Part shown: one piece after another, positions 26,943 to 39,240 of the stretch
Layout: each line of letters begins with the position of its first letter
Numbering within the stretch: position 1 is the first letter of the stretch
From: Antechinus flavipes
Taxonomy: Eukaryota
DNA length: 64,000 nt
Assembly (NCBI RefSeq): GCF_016432865.1
Contig: NC_067403.1
Span: forward strand, 200,694,001-200,758,000
Direction: 5' to 3'
The notes under the pieces: model-generated
What the model saw: only the letters and a program-made list of their open reading frames with translations
The model's database searches: none
Told to the model about the DNA's origin: nothing
Program-made: the position numbers and the translations under genes

Positions 26943-29900
26943 GAAATGCAGTTTGTCTAATGATGATGTTCAATTCTGGCTCGGAAGGGAAACTGGGGCT
27001 AAATATATTGATCTTTCAGTCATTTTCACAGACATAATCGTTAAATTCCTAATAGCTAGCGAGCTTACCAAGGGCGAGTATAGACAGAAAAGAGAGAAGA
27101 GTCCAGAACAGAACCTTGGCAAACACCCCAGTTCAGTGGCATGATGTAGATGATGAACCAGCAAAAAAAGATCCCTTACAACACCAGAAATTCTTTATAA
27201 TTCTATGATTCTGTAGCTATAAAGTGTTATATGTAAGAGACTTTCACATTATCCGAATATTTATTCAAATTATTTCAAATCAAAACATTGTAACCATACT
27301 GAAAGGATCTTATCCTGACTTTTATACTTGTAACCCATAGTTCAAAACCTGAGTCTTGAGGTTCACATGAAAAGGATCTCATCTTAAGACTTCCTCAAAA
27401 ATCTCTCTTTGATCCATACCCCTACCTAGTGTTTTTTTTTTTCTCCTGGGAATATTTTAATGTTGCTTTTTTGAGTTTCTGTTAATATGGGTAAAATCAG
27501 ATACAGAACAGCTTTTATTCCAGGCAATAGAAAGTACAAAATATAAAATGCATTCCCAAGAACTAGAGCCTTAACAGTCAGAGTTACCCTATGGTTGACA
27601 CAGTGCCTGTACATAGTTAATAAATGCTAGTTGATTGATTCTCCAAGAAAGAAAAGAAGAAGGCTAATAGAGGATTCCTTAACTTTGGAGGAGACAGCTC
27701 TCTTCCACTCTTTAGGAACCTTTGTGGTTCTCCTCATTACTGGGTACCCAGGATCTACCCTACCAAAATGTTCCCTAGCATTAAGATAGATCTGGACTTC
27801 TCTGGGAAAAACAAACAAAAAAGACCCTTACTGCAGATATGATCTCCACCTCACCCTCAACACCAAAGACCTACCTTCCAAACACACAGGCCTGCATTTC
27901 ACCTCCCTTGCATCTCCCCCCCAACCACACCCTCCCTTTTTCCCCTCCTCCCTCCCACTCCCGCATGAAATATCTTGCCCCTTTCATATATTGTCCTTAA
28001 AAAACCGCAAACCTGAGCTTCTGGACCTCCTCTTTCAAACCCTTGGACTTCCCTCTCCTCTCTCCACCCTTCAGCTCCACATAGGCTTCTCAGGAGTCAT
28101 CAGACCAACGGATGAAGATTGTTTCCTGAGCTAGCAAATCAAGACAAACTTTCCTTATCTGCCCGCTTCCTCTCTGGTCACAGGGGAACATTTTGTTTCC
28201 TGGGACATTGAAAAGCTAATTCCCCATCCCCTTCAGTTCTACAAACACAGTCTGGGCCATGGTTATTAACCTTGCAAACAGCTACTTAACTCCCACCGGG
28301 AGAAGAGGAGACAGTCTCCATTTAACATTTAATGAATGTCTTGTTTTCAGGCAGAGTCAAAATAAGGGGTCTCCAGGGTTGTCCTGTTTCCATAGATTGC
28401 CTCTACAGAGGCTGATCTTTAATGTGACCATCTTCTCAGAGTCCTAACTCTTCCTTTTGATTTGAATCCTCACCCCACCTGACATATTGATAGAGAGATG
28501 GAGAAAAGAAATGCAAAAACTGACTTGTCCTAAATCTTTCATTATTCCTCACTTCTGAATAGGATCCCAGGAAAAGAAATGTTATCAGAGCTAAAAGGGT
28601 TCTCAGAGTTCATCTAGTCTTAACTCTCACTTTACGGACAAGGGAATTGAGCCCAGAGAAGGAAGGGATTTGCTCTAACCCTTAGCCAGATTCTTCTGAC
28701 CACTTGTCACAGTTTTGGTCTTTTCTGCATCATCATCTATATCCTATTCCCTAATAGTGAATTCCAAAAAAGGCCTTTTTTTCTATCTAAAAAGAGGTTA
28801 CTGTGGTACCCTCTTTAGTTCATTTCTCTTGGGATCACATATAACTCAAGACACTAATTCAACAGTATCAAAATGGGCAATGTCTCCAACAAAGGAGGGG
28901 ACGATCACAGAATCAGAGGTGGAAGGAACCTCAGAATATACCTAGTCCAGCTGGTGACGGAACGAATGCCCTCTAAGATGTGCCTGACAAATGGTCATCC
29001 AGATTCCACTAGAAAATTTTCTTTGACTCCACTCCTGAGCTCTTGACCTAAACAGCTTCAGTAGGTATCCTTGGGTATCTCTGACTTATATCTCTAAAGC
29101 AGAACTCATTCTTTCTTTCTAAACCCATTTCTCCTTTAATCTCTATTTCCTTTGAGAACATCACTATCCTTCCAGTCTCTCAGATTCATATTCATGGAGT
29201 CACCTTCAACTTTTCACTCAACCTCTCCATCTCCAATTGGTTGCCAAGTATTGTTGACCCTATATCTATTCTCATATCCATTCCATGTTCTCCATTCACA
29301 GTTACCATCTTAGCTCTCTTCATTTCTTCTTGGACTACTGCTGTACTACACCTCCTGGTTAGTTTCTTTAACTAACTGGGTAAAGTCTCTCCTTCAGTGC
29401 TTCTCAGCACCCCCTTCTTCGATTTGTCTTCTTACCCTGAGTCACATAGCCATTATGTGTTACAGACAAGACTTGAACGCAGGTCTCCCTGAATCCAGGC
29501 TGACTTTCTCTCAGCTAAGTCTTCCTGCTTCTCTACCTTTCATATAGTAGATAACAATAAATCCTCATTGAATTGAATTGTCAATGATACCACCCTTTAC
29601 TAATCTTCCATGTTCAAATCTTGGCCTGAAAAATAATGGTGAGAATTGGTATAAGGTTGAGATCACTGAACCTAAAGTAAGAAGAGACCTGGATTCAAAT
29701 TTTCTCTTTGAAGTTTATTAGTTGTATGACCAACAGTGAGTCATTTAATCTTACTGACTTTCCTTTTCTATAAGAAAATGTAGCAGTTTCCTCCAAGAGT
29801 TGGAAGAGCCAAATGAGATTTTTAAAAAACAAACTTTGAAAATCAATTACCAAACCCACTCAAGCCTATGTTTCTAAAATCTCCAAGCCTTTCCCCTCCT

Positions 29901-32435
29901 CTCTATTAATTATCAGTAATCTCTGCATTGGTACAAATTCCCCTCCTTAAACCCTTATGTCATTGTCATAGCCTGGCAACTGGTCTTCTCAACTCCATCC
30001 TTTATCCAGCTTTCAAACATTCTGCCCAAAGCAGAGATCAGGCCTGCATCCCTGCCCTGCTCAACAATGTTCAGTGGCTCTCATTGGCTCAAGGATAAAT
30101 GACAAATTTCTTGTTTTAACCCTTGGAGCCTTCTACAGTCAGGCTCTACCCTACAATTTGCTTCTATTCCCATTCAAAAATTGCAAGTCAACCAAATAGG
30201 ACCACTAGCTATTTCCTGATCGTATCCTGCCTGCCTTGGTGTATTGGTGCCCCTGCTACATATTGAAGTCTCTCCCTGCTTTCAAAACTCATTTTCCCCA
30301 TAGAACTTTCCCTGATCCTTCTAGCTAAAAGGGACGTCTCACTCCACAAATTTTTACCTTATGTATATTATACCATACTTAGTTGTGTATATCCTATCCA
30401 TATATAGTGTCAGTTCTTTGAGAAGGACTGTGTTGCATTTTCCCTTGTTTTTTCCTTGGATTCCAACACTGGATTCCAATTTATATTAAATTTGTATATT
30501 TTATATATTATATTATAATATATTAATTAATTAAATTTATATTAAATAAATAAATGTTTGTTTAATTGAAGTCTTGATGGGCTTAGGGAATTGCCCACAG
30601 AAGTACTTCAGGGACAGAAACAGAAATCTCCTTTTTTTCATGGGTTCTGGTTCCCTATCCCGAAAAAGAGAAAACCAGGGGCTAATCTAGCCTGGGCCCC
30701 TAAATTCATAATCCTCCCCCAAATCCTGGCTTTCTCTAAGGATGAGTGGAGAAGGGAATGTCTGTGGAGGGATTCTGACTACGGAATAAACTGCTTCATG
30801 CTGATTCTCTGCCCATTTTACAGATAAGAAACTACCTACCAAGATAAAAAAGCTGAAACCCATTCTCACAATGAGGATAGTTACTAAGGAGCTATTTTAA
30901 AAAGGAATAACCAAGTAGGAATGATTTGAATTCAACTTAATAAGCATTTATTATAAATCTATTATTTGAAGAGCTCTGTGCTTAGTCCTGGGAAAAACAC
31001 AGTTTAGTAATAAAAGTTTTGCCCCTTCTCTCCTTTACCAATTGGAGGAAAGCTGAATGAGAAGGAGAGGGAAGCAGTTTCTTCAGAGACAGAAAGATGA
31101 GAAACTAGAACTTTCTCATTCTTCTCATTGTAGGTTCTCCCTCCCTGCTCCCTTTATCCTCTTTGTATCTTCCACAAATTTGCCCTGGAAGTTAAGGCAT
31201 CTAGATTCAAGCTCCAGTGCCAATATTGATCAAGCTGTGTGATCTTTGATAGGTCATTATTCCACTCTCTGATCCTCTGTTTCTTCATTTGTAAAATAAA
31301 AAAGGTAATACTTAAACTACCTATCTCATTGCATTGTTAGGAGGAAAGCACAATGTTTTAACCTTAACATGTCATAGAAATAAGAATTATATAATAATAT
31401 GTAACTCATAGAACTTATAGTCTAATAAGGAAATAAGACATAAATATAGATAATGTGTGATAATATGTGGTAAATACATTCAATATTAGAGAATAAAATG
31501 TTATTTCAGAGAAGAGGGTTAGAGAAGAAGGGCGAGGAGATAAAATTCAAAGAATACATCATATAGGAGGTAATCATTGATAGGAAGGAAAACAATGCAA
31601 GAAGAAAAATGGAAAGGAAAATCATCCATGCTCTAGGAATGCCATAGGTGCTAAGAGAATGCAGGTTATATAAAGGGAAGAAGTACATTCTACAGGAGAT
31701 TCTAAAGAGTGCTGTAATATGAGATAAGACTGAAATGTTTGGGCAGTGTCATAGTCTGAATACCGGGCCAAGGAGTCTGAGCTTTATGGGTGAAAAGGAG
31801 CCACTGAAGAATTTTGAGCAGAAAAAAATGACATAAACACCCAAGAAAGATTGTTCTGAGAATGTTTACAAGGGATAGCTTAGCAGGGTGAAAAGAGTGG
31901 ATACAAAAAGACCCATTAGGAGGCTACTTCAATTGTCAATTGGTGTAACAAAGAGCAGTAGCATAGGGAGGAGGGAAGCATCAGGACCCAGGTTTCAAAC
32001 ATGGGAAACTGGATTTTCCCACTGACAATAGAAATCAAATCCGAGAAGCAGGCACAGGATTAACATACCTCCTTTCCCCTCTCTGGTCCTCAGTTTCCCC
32101 ATCTGTACAATGATAGTGCCGAGCATATCATAGGCACATTTGATAAATTCTTGTTAGTGATTAATTCATAGTGTTAGCCCAGATAAGGACCTTTCCAGCT
32201 CTGACAATTTATGACTAAGTTACCTGACGCCCATGACCCATGGCTCATGTACTCTACTCTATCCCTCTCCCCATCCCTCCCCCTAGCTGTTTGAGTAAGC
32301 CTGCCCCTCTAAAGTCTAGACCCAGACCAGACTGTCTGCCTGTCCTGCCCTCTCTTCACCTTCTCTGTTTCAGCCCAGCAAATAGAGTGGGGAGGGGGAG
32401 GGAGAAGAAGCAAAATTAGGGTGGAGCCAGTCCTG

Positions 32436-32515
32436 GATAAATACTCTCATGGCTAGTCTTGGAGTCTGAGTCTCTGCTGCTAATACCAAAGCCACCAGTC
32501 TGAACCCACTCTCCG
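32436..32515 (+). promoter_or_regulatory. GNRH2: Putative GNRH2 TATA-like box (GATAAATA 32436-32443) and non-coding exon 1 ending at a consensus donor (CCG|GTAAGT, 32515/32516)
   Basis: GnRH genes have a non-coding first exon. Exon 2 has a clear acceptor (CAG 35381-35383) 23 nt before the ATG. This is the best TATA plus donor pair I found upstream. Confidence 0.55.
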
Positions 32516-35406
32516 GTAAGTAAATTTGCTGCCTTCCTCTTCTTGCCTAGGTCCTTGGGATCCTTGATTTTTCTATTCCTTCCTAATGAGGGGAAAACTC
32601 AGCCCTTCACCCACAGCTCTTCCCTTTTCTTTCCAAGTTTGGTTTTCCTCTATACTTTTCCCATTTATCCCAATCTTCTTTTCCCTTGCCCCACAGGGCT
32701 TCTCCTATTGCCTGTCCCTTCTCCCCTTGATGTAGGAATTCCCTTTTCTCATTCACTTTTCCCCTTTTCCCCTGATCTTTCCTTTCCTTGGGATTCCTCT
32801 GTCTCTCCCCTTTCTCCTTGCTCCAAAGCTTTCCTTGTCTCCTCTCATTCCCCCAAAACATCCTCCCTTTCTATCCAGTGCTTCTGATGACAAGTCTTTT
32901 CTCTAGATTTTAAAGTTTCAGCCCTTGTCTGCTTTACCAATTGGAAGAAAGCTGAATGAGAGGGAGAGGGAAACAGTTTCTTCAGAGACAGAAAAATGAG
33001 AAACCAGTACTTTCTCATTCTCCCAATTGTAGGTTCTCCCTCCCTGATACCTCTTTGTGTCTCCCACAAATTTGCCCTGGAAAAATAGCCAAGCAACTGC
33101 TTTTCATCATGACTGCTTACCCTGATGCATCTCTTTGCATGCTCTCTTCTGGGCTGAGCAACAGAACTTTCTTTGGTAATATTTCTGTTCCTCACCCCTG
33201 AGCCCCTCTAACAGGGAATGAATAGTTGACTGGTGGAAGGAACTCCTTGCCCTCTTGCTTCCAGAGCAAAAGACACTGGGGTTGAGATCCTCAGCCTTAA
33301 CATTCTGGGTTTAATTTCACTTTGTGACTTGAGAAGATGCATCATGGGATACAATAGTCAAAAATACTAATGCAATCTTAGGCTGAATTGAGAGTTCTAA
33401 CATCCAGAAGCCAAACAGGCTTTACTATACCATTGGGAGACCACATCTGGTATGTACTGGGTTCAGTTTGGGGTTCCTCTACCCGTGGAAGCCCATATCT
33501 GGTATGTATTGGGCTCAGTTTGGGGACCTACTTTGAAGATCACTGATAAATAAACCAGAGGATATTCAGAAGAGGGTCAGGAGAATAGGAAAGGACTCAA
33601 GACATGACATTTAAAACTTCAGGGAGGAGGAAATTTAGGAAGAAACCATAACTTTCTTAATGTATTTGAAGAGCTATTGTGTGAAGGATTGGATTTATTC
33701 AGATTGGCCCCTGAAGGCAGAACTATAAACTAAGAAAATTTGGAAATCAAGATGGGCATGGGGTGGGGGAAGCAAATTGACAAATGCAGGATTGATATAA
33801 AGAAGAATTTCCTAAGAAATCAGAGATCTTCAAAAGGAGAGTGGAGTGAGTTAGTGGTCTCCTTCCATGGAGGTCAGATAGGCATCTATTAACTTTATCA
33901 TATGGCAGGCACTGTACTAAGTATTGGGATCCAAAGGAAGCCAAAAAAAAAAAAAAAGTCCCTGACCTCCAAGACCTTACATTCTAAAGGAGCAGATATG
34001 TAAATAGTTACATACAGAGAAGATATTGAGACAGTAATTGAAAACATACTTTCAGAGGGGAAGGGATTAGTAGCTGGGGGAGTTGGGAAAGATTCCCTTC
34101 AGAAGATGAGATTAGATTGCTGAGAGGGAGTCAACTATAAAAAGAGTAAAAAGATTCTGACTTTGGATACATTAATTTCTTATGTTAGTTTTTCCTTCTT
34201 TTTCAATTTTTGTCTTAAAAAAATACTACTTGCTTTATGGGATGATTCTTTGAGCAGAGGAAGAAAGGCCAAAGAATATTTGGGAAAACTGTAGTGATGT
34301 AAAAAAAAATAATAAATCAGAAAAAACTTATTTTAAAAAAGAAGACTGGAAAAGTAAAAGGAGCCATGTTATGAAGATCTTTAAAAGCCAAATAGAAGAT
34401 CCAAGAATTAATAAGGAGCCACTGGAGCTTACTGAGCAAGAGCAGAACATGGTCAAACCTATGCTTTAGGAAAAAAAAATCATTTTGATTACTGCTAGGT
34501 AGATGTACTGGAGACTTGAGAAAGAAGACTAACAAATCTAATTCAGTCTCCCTTCATTTACTCCCAGATCCCCAACTGTGCAATGAATCCATTACTCTCT
34601 TCTACCTTCCCTTCTAAAAGAAAGATAAGCTCACTCCCTTCACCTCTAGAAGGAATTTTGTAAAATCATATACCTAGATCTGGAAGAGATCTCCTAAGCT
34701 GTCCAGTCTGAATCCCCCATTTAAGGAATAAAAGAGAAATTTAATAATAATAACAAATAGCTAACATTTGCCCAGTGTCTATCACATGTCAGGTATTGTG
34801 CTAAATGCTTTACATTTATCTCATTTTCCCCCCACAACAATCCTGGGAGATAGGTGCTATTATCATTCTCCTCATTTATAGATGAGGAAACAAAGGCAAA
34901 CGGGTTAAATGACTTTCCTGGAGCCATACAGTTAGCAAAGTCTGAACTAAGATTTGTACCTATGACTTCCTGACTCCAAGACCAATATTCTATTCACTAC
35001 TCTGTATTGTTTCTAGTTCTTTAGGCTTTTCCCACCAAGAGGTGGGGGAGGAAGACTGGGACAGTAAGCAGATTTTAAATCGAGGTAGGATAACAAAGTA
35101 GGGTCTGAGTTGGCTTTCCTGGGGATGGAAGGCTGACTAGAAGAAAGGTACATGCAGAGAGATTGTATTATTATTAATAGTGCTTCAAAGTAGGCAAATT
35201 GCTCTTGCCACAAAAACCTGTGATAGAGAGAATGAAGTGTATTATTTACCCAATTTTACAAATGAGAAAGCAACAACTGCTAGTCATCAACAAGAACTTG
35301 ATTCCAGGTCCATTCAGCAACAAGTTCTAGTCTGCTGAAGCAAGCCTGGTGACTGTCTTCTGCCCCTCTGTCCCATCCTCCAGGTCATCCGGATAACATC
35401 TTTGCC

Positions 35407-37788
35407 ATGTCTTATCTTCGACCCCTCCTGCTCTTAGCACTGCTGGTTCTGGGGACCCAGATTTCTTACGCTCAACATTGGTCCCATGGCTGGTATCCTG
35501 GGGGGAAGAGAGCTTTAGATGGAAGCCCAAGCCTAGAGGTAAGTGAAATGCATCCCTCCTTCTTCATTCTTCCTCCTTCATTATCTCTGCTTCCTCTCCC
35601 TTGAAGCTGCCACAGGGTCCCTTTTCACTGGTAGAAAGTCTGGGATTAAAGATGATATCCTAAGGCCATCTTGGCTCAAAGCTCACCTATGGAAGCCTGG
35701 GCCCCGGAACCACCTTTATCTCCCTGGGGAGGTCAGAACTATGGATGAGGGCAGCCCTTCTCCCACTCCCTCTATCTCTAACGCTTTCATGGGACCTAGG
35801 ATCCTCTCCCTGTCAATGAGAAAGAAGGAAAAATAGCCTCATTCATCTCTGTTTTCCATTCTCTCTCAGGCCTCAGAAGAAGCGAAGTCGTGGGATGGTG
35901 GTGAGAGGTCTCTGCTAAAGATGCTGCTGGTGAGAGCAAGCCCTGAGTCCTCCCAGCCCAATCCTGACCACCATTGCTCTCCCAAGGCCCTTGGAGACAA
36001 AGGAAATAGACTTTTACTGCGTCATCCATCCCTTATCTAGCCCCATCCTCCTAACCTTTTTTTCTAAATGAGGAAAGAGAATCTCCCCACTCAGATGAGA
36101 GAAAGAAAGCTCAGACAGCCAAAGAGGATTTGGGTTCAGAAGTCTCCAGTGTGACTTCAGCCAACTTCTTTGACTTCTCTGAGTGTTTCCTCATGTAAAA
36201 ATTAGGAGGTTGGGCTCTCTCACACATATTATCTCATTCGGTCCTCTGCACACTTCGTGAAGCAGGTGCTATTTTTACAATTTAAATTATTTTTGTTACA
36301 TTGAAAATCTCCATCCCACACTAAAGAAAGCCCCCATTTAATATATATGTATGTGTGTGTGTGTGTGAAACTATACTATGTGTATTTCTGTTTATTAATT
36401 CTTTCTCTGGAAGTGGATAACATCTTCCTATATAATTCCTTTATAGTTGATTATGTAATGCTAGAAAAGCTGAGGCAAGATGGAGATTAGAGAGTTTTTA
36501 ATATTTTATTTGGATTTCTGAGAGGGAGAGATAGTCTGGAGGCAGAGCAGAATCCATTTTGTTTTCAGGGCTAAATTAGACTTTTGTCTCAAAGAATCCA
36601 GCCTCGAATGTGAGATTCCAATGGATTTTATATGTGGCTCCAAGATCAGTCAGAGAAAGGGGTGGATTCTGAACACTGGTAAACTCGGGACTATCCAGGG
36701 ATGGACCATCAATCAGATTCTGACAGGGTTGGGGGTGAGGACCATAAATTTTTGATAACTTAGGAGAACTTAGGAGCCAGGATGTCTGAACTCCCCTTTA
36801 TCTGGCATTATACATTTACAATTTATGACTATTTTAGAGTGCCAGAGTGGCCAGATCTCCACAGTCCTAATTATCTCAGTCCTAATGAACAAGAAAGGGG
36901 GTTGCAACCAGGGGGATTGAGGCAGAACAATTAGGAAAACTGAGGCAGAACAATAAAAGGAAACTGTGGCACAACAATAGACAATTAAAGTATGTATAAT
37001 ACTTCAGAATAACTCAGTTGGTCACATTTATTTTTGGAAAAGTATTGCTGCCACTATATAGAACATTCTATTTAATGGTTGTCCTCATTTCACTCTATTA
37101 TTTTATGCATAGTCATGTTTTTCTAAAATCATCCTGTTCATCATTTTTCATAACAGAATAATATTCCTTCACAATCATAAACCACAATTTGTTCATCCAT
37201 TACCCAATTGATGGGCATCCCCACAATTTCCAGTTCTTTGCCACCACAAAAAGAGCTACTATAAATATTTTAGAACATATAAGTTCTTTTCTTTTTTTCT
37301 GCAGGTACCATTGTTACTACCATTTTACAGATAAGGAAGCTAATGCTAAAAGTGATTAAATGACTTGCCTGGGGTAGAAGGAATTTGCTCACCTATAATG
37401 CCTATACTAATAACAACTCCTAAAAATTATGATTATTGTACATGTGAAAGTACTTTGAAAACAGTAAAGTCCTTTACAAATTGAAAAACTCCTCAAGGAG
37501 CAAAATTTGCCATGTTTTTATTATGTGAGTGAACTTCTGAGTAAGGAAACTCCTTCTACCCATTGTATTGTACCTTCTCAGAAGAAGCTTAGGGACAGTG
37601 GAAGGTTGGGACATGCTTAGAGTCAAGCAGCTAATAAGTGTCAGAGACAGCATTTGAATCCAGCACCAATGAGGCTAGTTTTCCACCCACACAACACATC
37701 AATACCTTGCTTTCATTAATATCATTAGTGTTATTCTCTTTCTTCCCTGCAGGCTGATATTCTGACCCAGCAACAACAGAAGAAGTGA
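35407..37788 (+). CDS. GNRH2: Progonadoliberin-2 (prepro-GnRH-II), 75 aa
   Basis: Coding exons 35407-35538, 35870-35929 and 37753-37788, all phase 0. Protein: [44 protein letters not shown]|[20 protein letters not shown]|[11 protein letters not shown]. Exact GnRH-II decapeptide with the GKR processing site, in the syntenic position between PTPRA and MRPS26. AATAAA at 37977-37982. Confidence 0.95.
36454..36983 (-). mobile_element. Solo ERV LTR (530 bp, 4-bp TSD ATTA) in GNRH2 intron 3, nested in an old L1 fragment
   Basis: TG at 36454 and CA at 36982-36983, with ATTA on both sides. The flanks rejoin as an L1 3' UTR. A 4-bp TSD is typical of class I ERVs. Confidence 0.75.
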
Positions 37789-37999
37789 CCCAGCCCACCA
37801 TCCTTCCCCAGGATGTCAGCAGATATCTCACCCTCAGCTACTGGGGGTTCCCAAAATCCTTTCCTTGTTTGTTATCATTATTAATGTCTATACTCTCTTC
37901 CTATAAGTCCCTAAGGATAAGGGGGTTTGCCAGGTCAAACTTTGTAGCCCCCGAGTATTGCTCAAAGTAGTTAATTAATAAATGTCTTAATATTCTGTA

Positions 38000-39240
38000 C
38001 TGTTTCATTTGATGATCTTGTCATTTCCCATCATTTCAATGATCTCTATAAAAGAGGCCTTCTTTCAGGAAGTAACCCACCACGCTAACTTTCACCAGGC
38101 AATCAATCACTGTAGATGGAGTCAGCTTTACTTGCCCAACCCATTCTCCCTTTTCCACTTACCTATTAGTTTTCATGCTGGATATCCTCTGGATGTTTCA
38201 AATTCAACATGTCCTGAAGTGAATTCATTATCTTTCTCCCAAAACTCTCCTCTTTCCCTAATTTCCGTATTACTATTGAGGTTACCACTATTGTTCCAGT
38301 CTCCCAAGCTCAAAACCTAGATGTCTTCCTCAGCTTCTCACTCTCTTACTCCATCCCTACTCTCACCCCGACCCCAGCCACAGCCTCATATCCAATCAGC
38401 CTCTCTTTTCTATCTTTGCAACATTTCTCCTACAAGCCCCCTTCTCTCCTCTGTCACTCCCACTGTGCTAGTTCAGGTTATTACAATAGCATCTTCTTGG
38501 TCTCACTCTAGTCTATCTCCCACTAGGCTCCCAAAATGATTTTTCTAAAGCACAGACCAGACCATGGCACCTTCCTATTCACTCCAGTGGCTCTTTATAC
38601 TTCCAGGATCAAATAGCAAATTCTTTCATTGGCTCTTAAAACACTTCATAAATTGGTGCTTTTTTTTCTCATTGTCTTTCTATGCCTTACATCCTGCAGT
38701 GTTCATAATCTGCCATCTAGTGACAGACCTCCTCCCTGTTTCTCCAACAAGACATGCCATCTCCTAACCCTAAATGTGTTCTCTCACTGACTGCTCTACC
38801 CATCATTCTCTCCTACTTCATCTGCCTCCTGGCTTTCTTCAAGTCCCAGTTGAAATTCTACATTCTGTAGACTAGGACTTCTGAAATTTTTTCCACTAGT
38901 AACCCCTTTTTCCTCTGAGAAATTTTCATGAGGCATATAAAATAGCTATGTAAATCAAACATTTATTGATAATAAATCATAATTTTCCCACAATCCAGTT
39001 ATATGACCTTTAAGAAAGTGGGCTATAGAAAACCTTTTCCAAACCTACTTAATACAAGTGCCTTCCCTCTGTGATTATTTCTAATCACATCTCATAGTTT
39101 GCATTTTGTTCTCCCCATAGACTGAGAACTCCTAGAGAAATGGAACAATTGTTTGCCTTTCTTTGGATCCCCCATGCTTAGCCCAGTACCTGACACATAG
39201 CAGGTACTTGATAAATGCTAATTGGCTGGCTGATGAATTA
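38000..39240 (+). mobile_element. L2 LINE 3' fragment
   Basis: L2-like motifs CTCAAATTCAACATGTCC (here TTTCAAATTCAACATGTCC), TTTTCTAAAGCACAG, CTCCAGTGGCTC, and the terminal CACATAGCAGGTACTTGATAAATGCT. Confidence 0.8.
38873..39022 (+). mobile_element. Second hAT-Charlie-like MITE, nested in the L2
   Basis: Same internal sequence as 24024-24215; degenerate TSD CTGTAGAC/CTATAGAA. Confidence 0.6.

Noticed and set aside
32990-33022. IRE-like hairpin with loop CCAGTAC
   Set aside because: The loop is not CAGUGN, there is no bulged C, the other copy has a different loop, and it is intronic.
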